Positions 38,121 to 47,701 of a DNA stretch of 64,000 nt are shown one piece after another. This DNA is from an uncultured Pseudobdellovibrionaceae bacterium (GTDB lineage: Bacteria; Bdellovibrionota; Bdellovibrionia; Bdellovibrionales; JAGQZY01). Made by a program: the position numbers and the translations under genes. Positions within the stretch are counted from its first letter, which is position 1. Every line of letters starts with the position of its first letter. The stretch is from assembly GCA_964400355.1 (NCBI GenBank), contig CAYNTO010000013.1, forward strand, positions 8,041 to 72,040, written 5' to 3'. The notes beneath the pieces were generated by a model. The model ran no database searches. It was given only the letters and a program-made list of their open reading frames with translations, and had not been told where the DNA came from.

Positions 38121-38873
38121 TCAGTTCCAGTATTTAGGGCCGCCCTTTTCGTCCTTATCGCGATTGACCACGAGCTTAAGGTTGCGGCGGGTCTCACCGG
38201 TTTTGCGCCAGCGGAACTGGTTTAAACGCGTCCACACCATTAAATAAATAAAGCCCGAGGCAATCCCACCCAAATGGGCCAAATTGGCAACGGAATTACT
38301 CAGCCCCGCTCCCATCAACGAGAGAGCCTCAACGCCGCCAATAATGGCCACCATGTATTTGGCCTGCATAGGAAACACTCCAAAAAAGTAAATTTGGCGG
38401 TCCCCAAAAAGCACACCGTAAGCGAGCAGCAGCGCAAAGATCGAACCCGAGGAGCCCACCACTTGAACCGTATACACCGATGACGGACTTCCTTTAATGA
38501 TGCTGTAGATGAGAACTCCGAGAACGTAAAAGATGGCGGCTCCCACTCCAGTGAGCAAGTAGTACGAAAGAAACTGGCGTGAACCCCAGCGCAATTCCAA
38601 CTCCGATCCAAAGAACCACAAATTCAACATATTGAACAATATATGAAACGGCGTCGTCGCATGCAAAAACATATAGGTCACCAGCTGCCACAGCGCTAGG
38701 CTTTCCACCACCGTGGCCGGAGTGAGTGCGAGCCATGGTCCCACGTAGTCTGTAGAGAGAATCATTCCCTGAATTATAATTTGCACCACCAGCCAAAATG
38801 CCACGGTGACAATGGCTATTTTTTTTACCATGGGTCCGGGAATCATCAGATTGAATTGCACGTGTCGTTGCAT
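38121..38873 (-). CDS. rhomboid-family intramembrane serine protease
   Basis: WQLVTYMFLH, HILFNMLNLWFFG, catalytic GSSGSIFALL and AHLGGIASG. Confidence 0.88.
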   Translation of the reverse strand: MQRHVQFNLMIPGPMVKKIAIVTVAFWLVVQIIIQGMILSTDYVGPWLALTPATVVESLALWQLVTYMFLHATTPFHILFNMLNLWFFGSELELRWGSRQFLSYYLLTGVGAAIFYVLGVLIYSIIKGSPSSVYTVQVVGSSGSIFALLLAYGVLFGDRQIYFFGVFPMQAKYMVAIIGGVEALSLMGAGLSNSVANLAHLGGIASGFIYLMVWTRLNQFRWRKTGETRRNLKLVVNRDKDEKGGPKYWN

Positions 38874-38874
38874 A

Positions 38875-39354
38875 TTAGGCCTTCTTTTCGCTCAGCTCGA
38901 TGAGCACGCCGCCCGTCGCTTTGGGATGAACAAACACCACTCGGCAGTTGTGCGCGCCCTCTTTGGGTACGTCGTTGATCAATTGAACATTTTTACTTTT
39001 TAGCTGTGCCACCAGTTCATCGAGATGTTTCACCCGCAAACATATATGATGAATGCCAGGGCCACGCTTATCGACAAACTTGCGAATTGTTCCATCGGGA
39101 TCCGTGCCCTCAAGCAATTCCAAATTCACACGATTTCCAAGGCCGTAAAAAGCTGTGTTCACTTTTTCACTGGGAACAAATTCGCGGTGGTCCTCGCTAA
39201 GGCCGAGCGCGCGATAAAAATCCCCGCCTTGGTCGAGAGCCGGCACCGCGATGCCGATGTGGTCTAATTCAAACTGAAATCGAGAGCTGTTTGTATCTTT
39301 CACGTTATTTCCAATTTTTACTTTTCGAAGTTTTAGATCTGAGTGCTTTGCCAC
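38875..39354 (-). CDS. methylmalonyl-CoA epimerase-like VOC (glyoxalase-fold) protein
   Basis: LDHIGIAVPAL and GPGIHHICLRV...GGVLIELSE. The annotated start overlaps the 3' end of the HIT gene by 50 nt, so the true start may lie further downstream. Confidence 0.7.
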   Translation of the reverse strand: MAKHSDLKLRKVKIGNNVKDTNSSRFQFELDHIGIAVPALDQGGDFYRALGLSEDHREFVPSEKVNTAFYGLGNRVNLELLEGTDPDGTIRKFVDKRGPGIHHICLRVKHLDELVAQLKSKNVQLINDVPKEGAHNCRVVFVHPKATGGVLIELSEKKA

Positions 39355-40000
39355 TTGCCGCGGCCGAGCGCTTCGATTTTTCTGTAGTTACAGATTGAAC
39401 CAATTTTTTAACTTGCGTCGACGAACGCGTCGACTTGCCTGGCCCCGCACTTTTAAGAGTACGGTACTCATCGACCAGCCTTGAAAACGTCGTCTCCACC
39501 GACTCCACAACGAGCTTGGTTTCCGCAATCAATGGAAAAAAGTTCGTGTCACCATGCCAGCGAGGAATCACATGATAATGAAGATGATCCGGAATGCCTG
39601 CGCCCGCCGCCGCGCCCAAATTGAGCCCCACATTGAGTCCCTTACAAGCATAAACTTTTTTAAGAATGCGCACCGACGCTTTTACAAGCTGGGAGATCTC
39701 CATGTCTTCGGAGGGCGTCAATTCCTCGAGGGCGCCTTCATGGCGCGTTGGCATCACCAAAACATGGCCGCTGTTGTATGGATATTTATTGAGAAGCACC
39801 ATGGCCTCATTGCCCTTATAGACAACGAGTTTTTCCTCGAGGTTTTTGGTCTTGGCGGCTTCGCAAAAAACGCAAACCTCGGGAACAACTATACGGCGCA
39901 CGTACTTGAGGCGCTCGGGGCGCACCACAACATCGCGTTCCTGCGGCCAAATATCCCTGAGATAAATGTCTTTGGTGGTGGGCGATTTAACGTGTTTCAT
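39305..40000 (-). CDS. HIT-family nucleotide hydrolase/phosphorylase with a Lys/Ser-rich basic tail
   Basis: Histidine triad HLHYHVIPR. GalT-like N-terminal CVFCE. The C-terminal ~50 aa are rich in K, S, T and R. Confidence 0.85.
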   Translation of the reverse strand: MKHVKSPTTKDIYLRDIWPQERDVVVRPERLKYVRRIVVPEVCVFCEAAKTKNLEEKLVVYKGNEAMVLLNKYPYNSGHVLVMPTRHEGALEELTPSEDMEISQLVKASVRILKKVYACKGLNVGLNLGAAAGAGIPDHLHYHVIPRWHGDTNFFPLIAETKLVVESVETTFSRLVDEYRTLKSAGPGKSTRSSTQVKKLVQSVTTEKSKRSAAASGKALRSKTSKSKNWK

Positions 40001-40214
40001 ATGCCAATTAGGATACTTGGCGGCCTCCCAGATGTCTATGACACAACTTCCCCCCGGGCTCTCAGACGCTCTGGAGGGCCGTTCAACCGTGACTAATTAT
40101 TCGACACGCGTTGAGCGCAATTTGTTCCCGATGCCAAGGTCAGGTGGCTAACCCCATTTATTCGCTTCTGGCGGGTTCTCTTGTTGCTCTATATGGGGGT
40201 AACGGGAGAATCTT

Positions 40215-41156
40215 ATGAAAACGATGCTTGTGGTTTTATTAATGGCGGGATCAGTTGTGGCTAATGCCGCGCAAGAAGTTGCTTTTGATTCAAAGGACAC
40301 ACGTCCACTGGATCAACGGCACTCTCAAACATCCGGAGTGTTTTCTAAAGTACTAACGCACGAAGGACAGCTGTATACTGTTATGTACGAAGCGCGCCAA
40401 CAGAACAGAGACATCGCCACCCGCGTGATTGCCGTCTGTTCCATTTTTAGTAAAGACTCCATTAGTAAATGCACGCAAGAGCCTCGCACACCCACCACGA
40501 TGGCTGTTTACAACAAGGCCATCGCTGAGCGCAAAAAAGGTGACTGTGCAGAAATCGCATTGATTCACGCCGACAATATGAAAGTGCGTGCGGCCATCTC
40601 TGACTTTAACGAGAAGAAGGCCACACGTGATAGCGCCACCAACCAACGTGAAATGGCAATCATAATGAACGGCTTGGGAAATCAAGTTGAGGCCCTCAGT
40701 GTAAAAACCAACAATCAGGCCTACGCCTCCAACGTTTCTGCATCTCGCGAACTTATGAATCTTGTCGCCAACCGCCAAGTGCCAGAAGCTGATGCCATCC
40801 AGCACATGGTCACCAACATTAATATATTAAATGACAACTACGCTGATCTTTTATCGAAGACCCAATGTACAAATGAACAACTTCAGGTATGCGCCATCAA
40901 CAAACAAAACGGCCAAATCGTGACTCCGGGCACCCATCCCGAGGCCCAACTTGTTTACAATGAGCTTCTGCGCCGCAAAGTCATCGAAATCAAAGCGTGT
41001 AGCCTTGCACCTCAACAACCTACGGGATCCAACTCTGGAGTGATTGCACCGGCACCACCTGCCAATCCGCCAGCAGTTATTCAACCAAAGCCAGTAGATC
41101 CAAATCCTGTAGCTGTAGATCCCAACGAAGCACTCGTAGAGCCAGTCATTCAATAA
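40215..41156 (+). CDS. secreted hypothetical protein, paralogue A
   Basis: Signal peptide (LVVLLMAGSVVANA), a conserved Cys pattern near the C-terminus and a Pro-rich tail. Confidence 0.6.
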   Translation: MKTMLVVLLMAGSVVANAAQEVAFDSKDTRPLDQRHSQTSGVFSKVLTHEGQLYTVMYEARQQNRDIATRVIAVCSIFSKDSISKCTQEPRTPTTMAVYNKAIAERKKGDCAEIALIHADNMKVRAAISDFNEKKATRDSATNQREMAIIMNGLGNQVEALSVKTNNQAYASNVSASRELMNLVANRQVPEADAIQHMVTNINILNDNYADLLSKTQCTNEQLQVCAINKQNGQIVTPGTHPEAQLVYNELLRRKVIEIKACSLAPQQPTGSNSGVIAPAPPANPPAVIQPKPVDPNPVAVDPNEALVEPVIQ

Positions 41157-41198
41157 AAAATCTGAGCCGCGACTGCGGCTCTTTAAAACGGGGAAAAT

Positions 41199-41909
41199 AT
41201 GTTTAAAATTTTAATAGTCACGCTACTGAGCTCTGCATCGATCGCCTCAGCCAACTCGGCGGAGGCAATCCCAGTGGATCCCAACGCCGCAGAAGAAGTC
41301 ACCCTCGATGTTCAACCACAAGCAGAGATAGATTGCGCTAAAGTGTCCGCCATCAATAGTAAATACATTCTTCTAAAATACGACCTTGAGTATTTTAAAA
41401 ACAATCGCTCACAAAACACATTGGATAAAAATAAATCCTTACTAGCAAATATTCTCGCAAAACTCCACAATATCACCCAGGAAATGGCCACGAACCTCAG
41501 TACCGAGGAAAAGAAGCAAAACCTGCAAAGTGTTCGCACTCTTTTGGCTTCGGTTCGCGACGGCACCGCCGATACTCGCGATGCTGTAAACAAACAACTT
41601 CCAACGCATATCAATCAAACAAGTGCCGATTACAAAGCGCTTCTTGGGCAGAGCAAGTGCGCGGCGGATTCTTTAGTGCTGTGCCCCTACAACAAACTTG
41701 GTAATAAAATTCCCGCCGATATGACCAACATGACGAGCCGTCGCCACTACGAAATCCAAGCGCGCTTAGGCCACATCGATCTCAAACCGTGTAACTACGT
41801 CAACACGGCTGCGCCGATCGAGGACAAAGTGGATGCCATAGAACCTGAATTAGAACAAGCAGTTCCCGCAGCTCCTGGGGCTAATGAAGAAACGGTTATC
41901 GCCCAATAA
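41199..41909 (+). CDS. secreted hypothetical protein, paralogue B
   Basis: Signal peptide (LLSSASIASA). ADYKALLGQSKCAADSLVLCPYNKLGNKIP...LKPCNY aligns with DNYADLLSKTQCTNEQLQVCAINKQNGQIV...IKACSL of the upstream gene. Confidence 0.6.
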   Translation: MFKILIVTLLSSASIASANSAEAIPVDPNAAEEVTLDVQPQAEIDCAKVSAINSKYILLKYDLEYFKNNRSQNTLDKNKSLLANILAKLHNITQEMATNLSTEEKKQNLQSVRTLLASVRDGTADTRDAVNKQLPTHINQTSADYKALLGQSKCAADSLVLCPYNKLGNKIPADMTNMTSRRHYEIQARLGHIDLKPCNYVNTAAPIEDKVDAIEPELEQAVPAAPGANEETVIAQ

Positions 41910-41954
41910 CGAAATCGCGAGGCGTCCAAACTCGCTCCCATTTTAAATAAAAAA

Positions 41955-41985
41955 AGCCTGATGTTTCCATCAGGCTTTTGTTTTT
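41955..41985. terminator. bidirectional intrinsic terminator (paralogue B / rpsA)
   Basis: AAAAAA-AGCCTGATG-tttc-CATCAGGCT-TTTGTTTTT. Confidence 0.8.
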
Positions 41986-42079
41986 AAGGACACGTGAATA
42001 TCCTTTTACTTTCGTCTCTTCGCAAGTCCGAGCTGCCTATAGCAGGCCGCTCTAATTGCTGCGCCTTTCGGCGCACCAA

Positions 42080-43849
42080 TTATTCTTTTCCGTCGCGGAA
42101 GCCTTTAAGCTGATCGCCAAAGACATCGCCCAAGCTCGAGTTCGCAGATTGCGAACGACGAGTGTACTCTTGAACATCGCCTTTTTCGTCGCGAAGTTTA
42201 GTAAGACGCGCGCTCAAACCGACTTTACGAGCATCTTGATCGATGCTGATAACTTCTGCTTTTACACTGTCGCCCACTTGCACGACTTCGTTCGGGTGAC
42301 CGATACGGGCCGTAGAGAGTTCAGAGATGTGGATGAGACCTTCAGTTTCCGGGCTCAACTCAACGAATGCACCGAAGTCCGCAATGCGAACAACTTTAAC
42401 ATCGTGAGTAGTACCGATCATGAACTTCTTCTCAACATCTTGCCAAGGATCGGCTTCGAGTTGTTTAAGACCGAGCGAGAATCTCTCGTTCTCAACATCC
42501 ACTCCGAGAACAACGGCGCGCACTTTCGCACCTTTCTCGAACATTTCCGACGGATGATTCACGCGCTTCGTCCAGGAGAAATCAGAGATGTGCACGAGGC
42601 CATCGATACCATCTTCAACACCAACGAAGATACCGAAATCCGTAATCGATTTGATTTCGCCTTCGATGATCGTTCCAGGTTGGTACGTTTCTTTGATTTC
42701 GATCCAAGGGTTTGCTTGAAGCTGTTTGAGACCGAGGCTAATGCGGCGGTTCTCTTGATCAATATCAAGCACCATGGCGCGCACTTCGTCGCCGATGTTC
42801 AAAATTTGTGATGGATGTTTTACTTTTTTAGTCCAGCTCATCTCAGAAACGTGGATCAAGCCTTCTACACCTTCGCCGATTTCTACGAATGCACCGTAGT
42901 CTACGAGGCTAGTGACCTTACCAGTAACTTGTGAACCTTTAGAGTACTTCTCAGCTGTATCGAGCCAAGGATCTCTTTGCAGTTGTTTAAGACCTAAAGA
43001 CACGCGCTCTTTTTCAGAGTCGTACTTGAGAACCATAACTTCGATCTCGTCGCCCACGTTCACAACTTCGCTTGGGTGCTTGATGCGGCCCCAGCTCATG
43101 TCGGTAATGTGGAGGAGGCCATCGATGCCGCCAAGATCCAAGAATGCGCCGTACTCAGTGATGTTTTTCACCATACCGCGAACTTTCGATCCCTCTTTCA
43201 TCATGTCCATAGTTTGCGACTTCATTGTCTCGCGCTCTTGCTCAAGAAGAGCACGGCGGGAAAGAACGATGTTGCCACGTTTTTTGTTGAATTTGATAAC
43301 TTTGAATTTGTACTTCTTGCCGATGTACACGTCCATGTTGCGAACCGGGCGTAGATCGATTTGTGATCCTGGTAAGAATGCTTTTACGCCAATATCAACG
43401 CTCAAGCCGCCTTTAACTTTCGCAATAACAGTACCTTCGATGAGTTCTTGGTTTTCTGCTGCACGAGTGATGTCGTTCCATGCTTTGTACATGTCGGCTT
43501 TGTCTTTAGACAATACGATCATGCCGTTTTCGTTTTCGATTTTATCGATGAAAACTTCAACCTGGTCACCGGGTTGTACAGAGGGTTTGCCTTCAACCAT
43601 ACGGAATTCGTTGATCGGAATAAGACCTTCTGATTTGTAGTTGATGTCGACAAGTACGTAGTCGCTTTGAACTTCTACAACTTTACCGGCAACAATGTCG
43701 CCCACTTTGTAATCTTGATCAGTGAGTGATTCTTGAAACATAGCGCCGAATTCTGTGGATTCGATTTTTTTTGCGCTCATTTCCTGGAAAAGAGAATCGA
43801 TCTTTTGTTTTTCCAGCTGTTTCTTTGTCAAATTTTTTGTATCTTGCAT
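42080..43849 (-). CDS. rpsA: 30S ribosomal protein S1
   Basis: Six S1 (OB) repeats, e.g. GDIVAGKVVEV, GTVIAKVKGG, VRGMVKNITEYGAFLDL, VTGKVTSLVDYGAFVEI, IEGEIKSITDFGIFV, HDVKVVRIADFGAFVEL. ATG 43849 is preferred over 43957. Confidence 0.97.
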   Translation of the reverse strand: MQDTKNLTKKQLEKQKIDSLFQEMSAKKIESTEFGAMFQESLTDQDYKVGDIVAGKVVEVQSDYVLVDINYKSEGLIPINEFRMVEGKPSVQPGDQVEVFIDKIENENGMIVLSKDKADMYKAWNDITRAAENQELIEGTVIAKVKGGLSVDIGVKAFLPGSQIDLRPVRNMDVYIGKKYKFKVIKFNKKRGNIVLSRRALLEQERETMKSQTMDMMKEGSKVRGMVKNITEYGAFLDLGGIDGLLHITDMSWGRIKHPSEVVNVGDEIEVMVLKYDSEKERVSLGLKQLQRDPWLDTAEKYSKGSQVTGKVTSLVDYGAFVEIGEGVEGLIHVSEMSWTKKVKHPSQILNIGDEVRAMVLDIDQENRRISLGLKQLQANPWIEIKETYQPGTIIEGEIKSITDFGIFVGVEDGIDGLVHISDFSWTKRVNHPSEMFEKGAKVRAVVLGVDVENERFSLGLKQLEADPWQDVEKKFMIGTTHDVKVVRIADFGAFVELSPETEGLIHISELSTARIGHPNEVVQVGDSVKAEVISIDQDARKVGLSARLTKLRDEKGDVQEYTRRSQSANSSLGDVFGDQLKGFRDGKE

Positions 43850-44303
43850 GTACGTCCTTAGTTCCTCGGTTTTTCGTAGCCGTTTGGAATGGGCTCGATC
43901 GAACAACCGGTCTCCGAAAGAATGGCATAGTCGCAGCTTGATTGCTCCGGTGTCCACGATGTTTAAGAGAACCGTCAGTTATAGGCGGTAGGCCTGTAAA
44001 GTCAACTCTTTAGCACCGTTTGCAGTCCATTTGGGAAGGCGTTTTTCCCGCACAACAAGGCGGGGCGATTATCACCCCATAAAATTAAAAATTCTATGAA
44101 AAATCAATAGTTTACAATCGCAAAAATAGGGATCCAGTGAGCCACCTGGAGCGCAACGACGAGTGTGCATCTGGTTCCGAGGTGGCAGCCACGCGTTCGC
44201 GCCCACAGAATTCACTGTGAGATCCCGTGAAAATGTCCCTTCCTTAGTCGAGACGTGGACTCGCATCTCTTGGCAGCGGCGGGAACGGTGATAGCGTAAA
44301 GAT

Positions 44304-45053
44304 ATGAGGCTCATTCACTACGCCTACATTTTGGTTTTTGCACTTTTCGCCGCCCACTATTTTCGCGGCGAACGCGAAAGCTCAGACTTCACCGTTATAA
44401 TGGCCCCTCCGTTAATATCTGCACCGCTTGCGCGAACTGCGAACCCCCCCGCCCCCCAAACGCCTTCGACCCTTCCCGCCTTCACGCGAACACTCGCAAG
44501 CGCCGAGGATTTGCGCGGACGCAGCGCTATCGAAAAGTTTCTCGAAAACCAGGCGCATATTAAAACTCTTGTAGCGCGCGATCTCAAACAGCTTGTTGAT
44601 ACTGCTACCACCGTGGAAATTCCCAATGGTAAAATCGTTCGTCAAAAAGGCAGCGCGGACGACGAACACTCCTACCGTGAAATGAAAACGGACTGGGGTG
44701 CAGAAATAAAAAAAATTTCGAACAAAGAGCGCATGATCTCCGAGTCTTTTCGCAGCGCAAATGGCGATCAGGTGCTACGCCGAGAGTTCAACAGCGACGG
44801 CCGGGTACAACGAGTGGCCATGCGCTGGAACCGCTCGGAAGGATTCACGGTTGATCTCTACAAAGACGGGCAAATATCCAACCTGAGTGAATCCATCAAC
44901 GGCGAAACCACCACACAAAAGTGGGATCTCGAAGGTAAGCTCATCGCCCACACCTCCGTGCGCGTAGTGAATGGTCAGTTTGAAAAACTGGATCATTTGC
45001 GCAGTACCGTCACACATCCCATGGAGGAAGTGGACGACGCCGACGGGGATTAA
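44304..45053 (+). CDS. hypothetical membrane-anchored protein
   Basis: N-terminal TM (YAYILVFALFAAHYF) and a Pro-rich linker. The repeat-like C-terminal half is reminiscent of MORN/YwqK-type repeats. It is the only long ORF in this interval. Confidence 0.5.
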   Translation: MRLIHYAYILVFALFAAHYFRGERESSDFTVIMAPPLISAPLARTANPPAPQTPSTLPAFTRTLASAEDLRGRSAIEKFLENQAHIKTLVARDLKQLVDTATTVEIPNGKIVRQKGSADDEHSYREMKTDWGAEIKKISNKERMISESFRSANGDQVLRREFNSDGRVQRVAMRWNRSEGFTVDLYKDGQISNLSESINGETTTQKWDLEGKLIAHTSVRVVNGQFEKLDHLRSTVTHPMEEVDDADGD

Positions 45054-45751
45054 ACGCCCTGGCTTTTGACCAAATGTTGGAGCTTTCGTTTTTGAAATTC
45101 TTTGAGAATGTGCTCTTGTGCTTTTGCAACAACCGCCTCGCGATCCATGGAACTAGAGTCGATGACAAAAGCCCCTTCGGGAATTTGTAAGGGTGCATGG
45201 ACACGTCCCTGATCGGACTTGTCGCGCTCTTCTTGCAGGGAGCGCACAATCTCTATGGTACCGGTGTTCTCGATCGCACGTCGCTCGGCGCGACTATCTG
45301 AACTGGCTGTAAGATATATTTTAATTAACGCCGCAGGAAACACCACCGTCCCGCAATCGCGCCCCTCGGCGATCAACACATGGCCTGGGGCCGCGCAGGC
45401 GCGCTGAAGCGGCAACAAGGCCTGGCGCACCTGGGGGTATTGGCTGATTTTGCTAGCATACATTCCGGTTTCGTCCAGGTTGATATTGGGATTGATGCGA
45501 ACTCCAGCATGAAGCACGGTGGTCTCCATACGATTCATCTCCACCGACCAAATGGGCGATTTGGCCAATCGTGCGAGCGCGCCTTCGTCATCGAAATCGA
45601 TTTTTTCCTTAAGGGCCACTACAGCCAGTCCGCGATAAAACGCGCCAGTGGACACCCATTTCCAACCCATATTGTTGGCCACATCACGACTCACTGAGGT
45701 TTTGCCAGATGCTGAAGGGCCATCGACGGTGATGACAAATTCAGTAGCCAT
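45050..45751 (-). CDS. cmk: cytidylate kinase
   Basis: ITVDGPSASGKTSV P-loop. ATG 45751-45749 overlaps the ilvA stop by 1 nt. Confidence 0.92.
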   Translation of the reverse strand: MATEFVITVDGPSASGKTSVSRDVANNMGWKWVSTGAFYRGLAVVALKEKIDFDDEGALARLAKSPIWSVEMNRMETTVLHAGVRINPNINLDETGMYASKISQYPQVRQALLPLQRACAAPGHVLIAEGRDCGTVVFPAALIKIYLTASSDSRAERRAIENTGTIEIVRSLQEERDKSDQGRVHAPLQIPEGAFVIDSSSMDREAVVAKAQEHILKEFQKRKLQHLVKSQGV

Positions 45752-46965
45752 TAATGCTCTCCTTCGATGATGCGCACACCATCTTTCTTGAGGTTTTGAA
45801 TGAGCTCCGCCGCATGATCGGGGCCCGATGTTTCCAGCCAAAAATCAATTCGTGTTTCACGAACCGACAGTTCCGAAGACACGCGGTCGTGGTGCACATC
45901 GAGCACGTTGGATTTGTAGCGCGCGAAGGTAGCTGTGAGCTTGGCGAGCGAACCGGGAAGATCGTTCACAATCACCGATATGTGCACGCGGCGACCCTTT
46001 CGTCGCAAACCGGTCTCCACCACGGCATTTAAAGTGTTCATATCGATATTTCCACCACACAAAAGCACAACGGCATTGGGTTTTAATTCTATTTTCCCCG
46101 TGAGCACCGCCGCCATCCCGGCCGCGCCCGACCCTTCGGTCACCACTTTGTCTTTTTCCATGATAGTCACAATGGCTTCGGCAATCTCGTTGTCGGAGAC
46201 AGAAACAATTTTATCAACGTACTTTGCAATATACGCATGAAACATCTCTGGGCTCGGCGATTTAACGGCGATACCATCAGCAATAGTATTGACCTGCGAA
46301 GTGGTGTTGGGCGCTTGACTATTTTTTAAATTCATCATTCCCGGAGTTTGATCACTCACCACGCCGATCACTTCAATTTTTGGATTGAGAGTTTTTGCGA
46401 CAAACGCAATGCCACCAATCAATCCACCACCGCCGATGGGGACGATGATTTGCGAAACATCTTTGAGATCTTCAAAAATTTCTAGGGCAATTGTTCCCTG
46501 ACCTGCAATAATTTTAGCGTCTTGATACGGATGAACAAAAATCAAACCTTCTTTTTCGGCCAACTCGCGCGCTGCTTTGTAGGCATGATCGTAGTAATCT
46601 CCATTCAAAACAACTTTAGCGCCAAAACTTTTAGTCGCATTGATTTTTACAATCGGCGCCGTCTCAGGCATTACGATCGTGGCCTCAACACCGTAAATGC
46701 TTGCACCCAACGCCACGCCTTGGGCGTGGTTTCCGGCCGAGGCTGCAATCACACCCTTCTTTTTTTCCGCATCGGTCAAAAAACGAATGCGATTGAGCGC
46801 ACCGCGAATTTTAAAACTGCCGGTGCGTTGCAAGTTTTCACACTTAATATATAGGCTCGCTCCCTTGAGAACACGGCTAGGGCGCAGTGGAGTGCGATCC
46901 ACATGTTTACTGAGAAACTCTTTAGCGTCTTTCACATCGTCGAGGGAGATCGTTAAGTTTTGCAT
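45751..46965 (-). CDS. ilvA: threonine ammonia-lyase (threonine dehydratase) with a C-terminal ACT-like domain
   Basis: PLP-lysine motif TGSFKIRGA, a GGGGLIGG loop, and a regulatory C-terminal domain. Confidence 0.9.
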   Translation of the reverse strand: MQNLTISLDDVKDAKEFLSKHVDRTPLRPSRVLKGASLYIKCENLQRTGSFKIRGALNRIRFLTDAEKKKGVIAASAGNHAQGVALGASIYGVEATIVMPETAPIVKINATKSFGAKVVLNGDYYDHAYKAARELAEKEGLIFVHPYQDAKIIAGQGTIALEIFEDLKDVSQIIVPIGGGGLIGGIAFVAKTLNPKIEVIGVVSDQTPGMMNLKNSQAPNTTSQVNTIADGIAVKSPSPEMFHAYIAKYVDKIVSVSDNEIAEAIVTIMEKDKVVTEGSGAAGMAAVLTGKIELKPNAVVLLCGGNIDMNTLNAVVETGLRRKGRRVHISVIVNDLPGSLAKLTATFARYKSNVLDVHHDRVSSELSVRETRIDFWLETSGPDHAAELIQNLKKDGVRIIEGEH

Positions 46966-46969
46966 ACAC

Positions 46970-47701
46970 TTATCCGTAGATCGCTAATAGCGAATCCGGT
47001 TGAAGACTGGCACCGCCAATCAGAAAGCCGTTCACATTGGGCACAGCCTCAAGCTCTTTTGAATTTTTGGCGCTCACGCTTCCCCCGTAAAGAATCGGAA
47101 GTGCTTCGGAAAACCGCTGTTCCGTCCACAGGCGAATGTGAGCGTGCACCACCTGCACGTCTTGAGCCGTTGCCACTTTGCCAGTGCCAATCGCCCACAC
47201 GGGTTCGTAGGCCAACACAATTGATTTTCCTTTTTCATGCAGCGAAAGCCCAACCTGGAGCTGCTCACTTATCACATCCAGAGTTTTATTTTCTGCGCGC
47301 TGCTGCTCTGTTTCGCCGATGCACAGTACGGGAGTCATGGACAAACCTTCTAACGCTTGGACCTTTTTCGCAGTCATCTCATTTGTTTCTCCAAACAATG
47401 TACGGCGCTCACTGTGGCCAACCAGGCAATGAGTTGCGCCCATTGCCTGAAGCATGGAGCACGAGACCTCGCCCGTGTAGGCACCCGATGGTTCAAAATG
47501 GCAGTTCTGGCCGCCGTAAGCGACAGGTGTGCCTTCGAATTCCTGCTTGAACATTGTAATGCTGAGGTACGATGGAAAAAATAGAACGTCGCGACCATCG
47601 CGCGGCTTAAAAGACGATTTAAAAGTTTTAATAAACTCGAAAGTCTCCTTTGGAGTTTTGTTCATCTTCCAATTTCCCGCTACGATAAATTTCGCCATCA
47701 C
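46970..47701 (-). CDS. tpiA: triosephosphate isomerase
   Basis: AGNWKMN, VGHSERR and AYEPVWAIGTG. Confidence 0.95.
   Translation of the reverse strand: MMAKFIVAGNWKMNKTPKETFEFIKTFKSSFKPRDGRDVLFFPSYLSITMFKQEFEGTPVAYGGQNCHFEPSGAYTGEVSCSMLQAMGATHCLVGHSERRTLFGETNEMTAKKVQALEGLSMTPVLCIGETEQQRAENKTLDVISEQLQVGLSLHEKGKSIVLAYEPVWAIGTGKVATAQDVQVVHAHIRLWTEQRFSEALPILYGGSVSAKNSKELEAVPNVNGFLIGGASLQPDSLLAIYG

Noticed and set aside
42056-43640. Plus-strand ORFs of 251 and 242 aa
   Set aside because: They are antisense shadow ORFs of rpsA, which has six clear S1 domains on the minus strand.
44072-44314. 80-aa minus-strand ORF upstream of rpsA
   Set aside because: It has no RBS and an Arg/Cys-rich composition, and it overlaps the start of the plus-strand 249-aa gene. 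It is probably non-coding.
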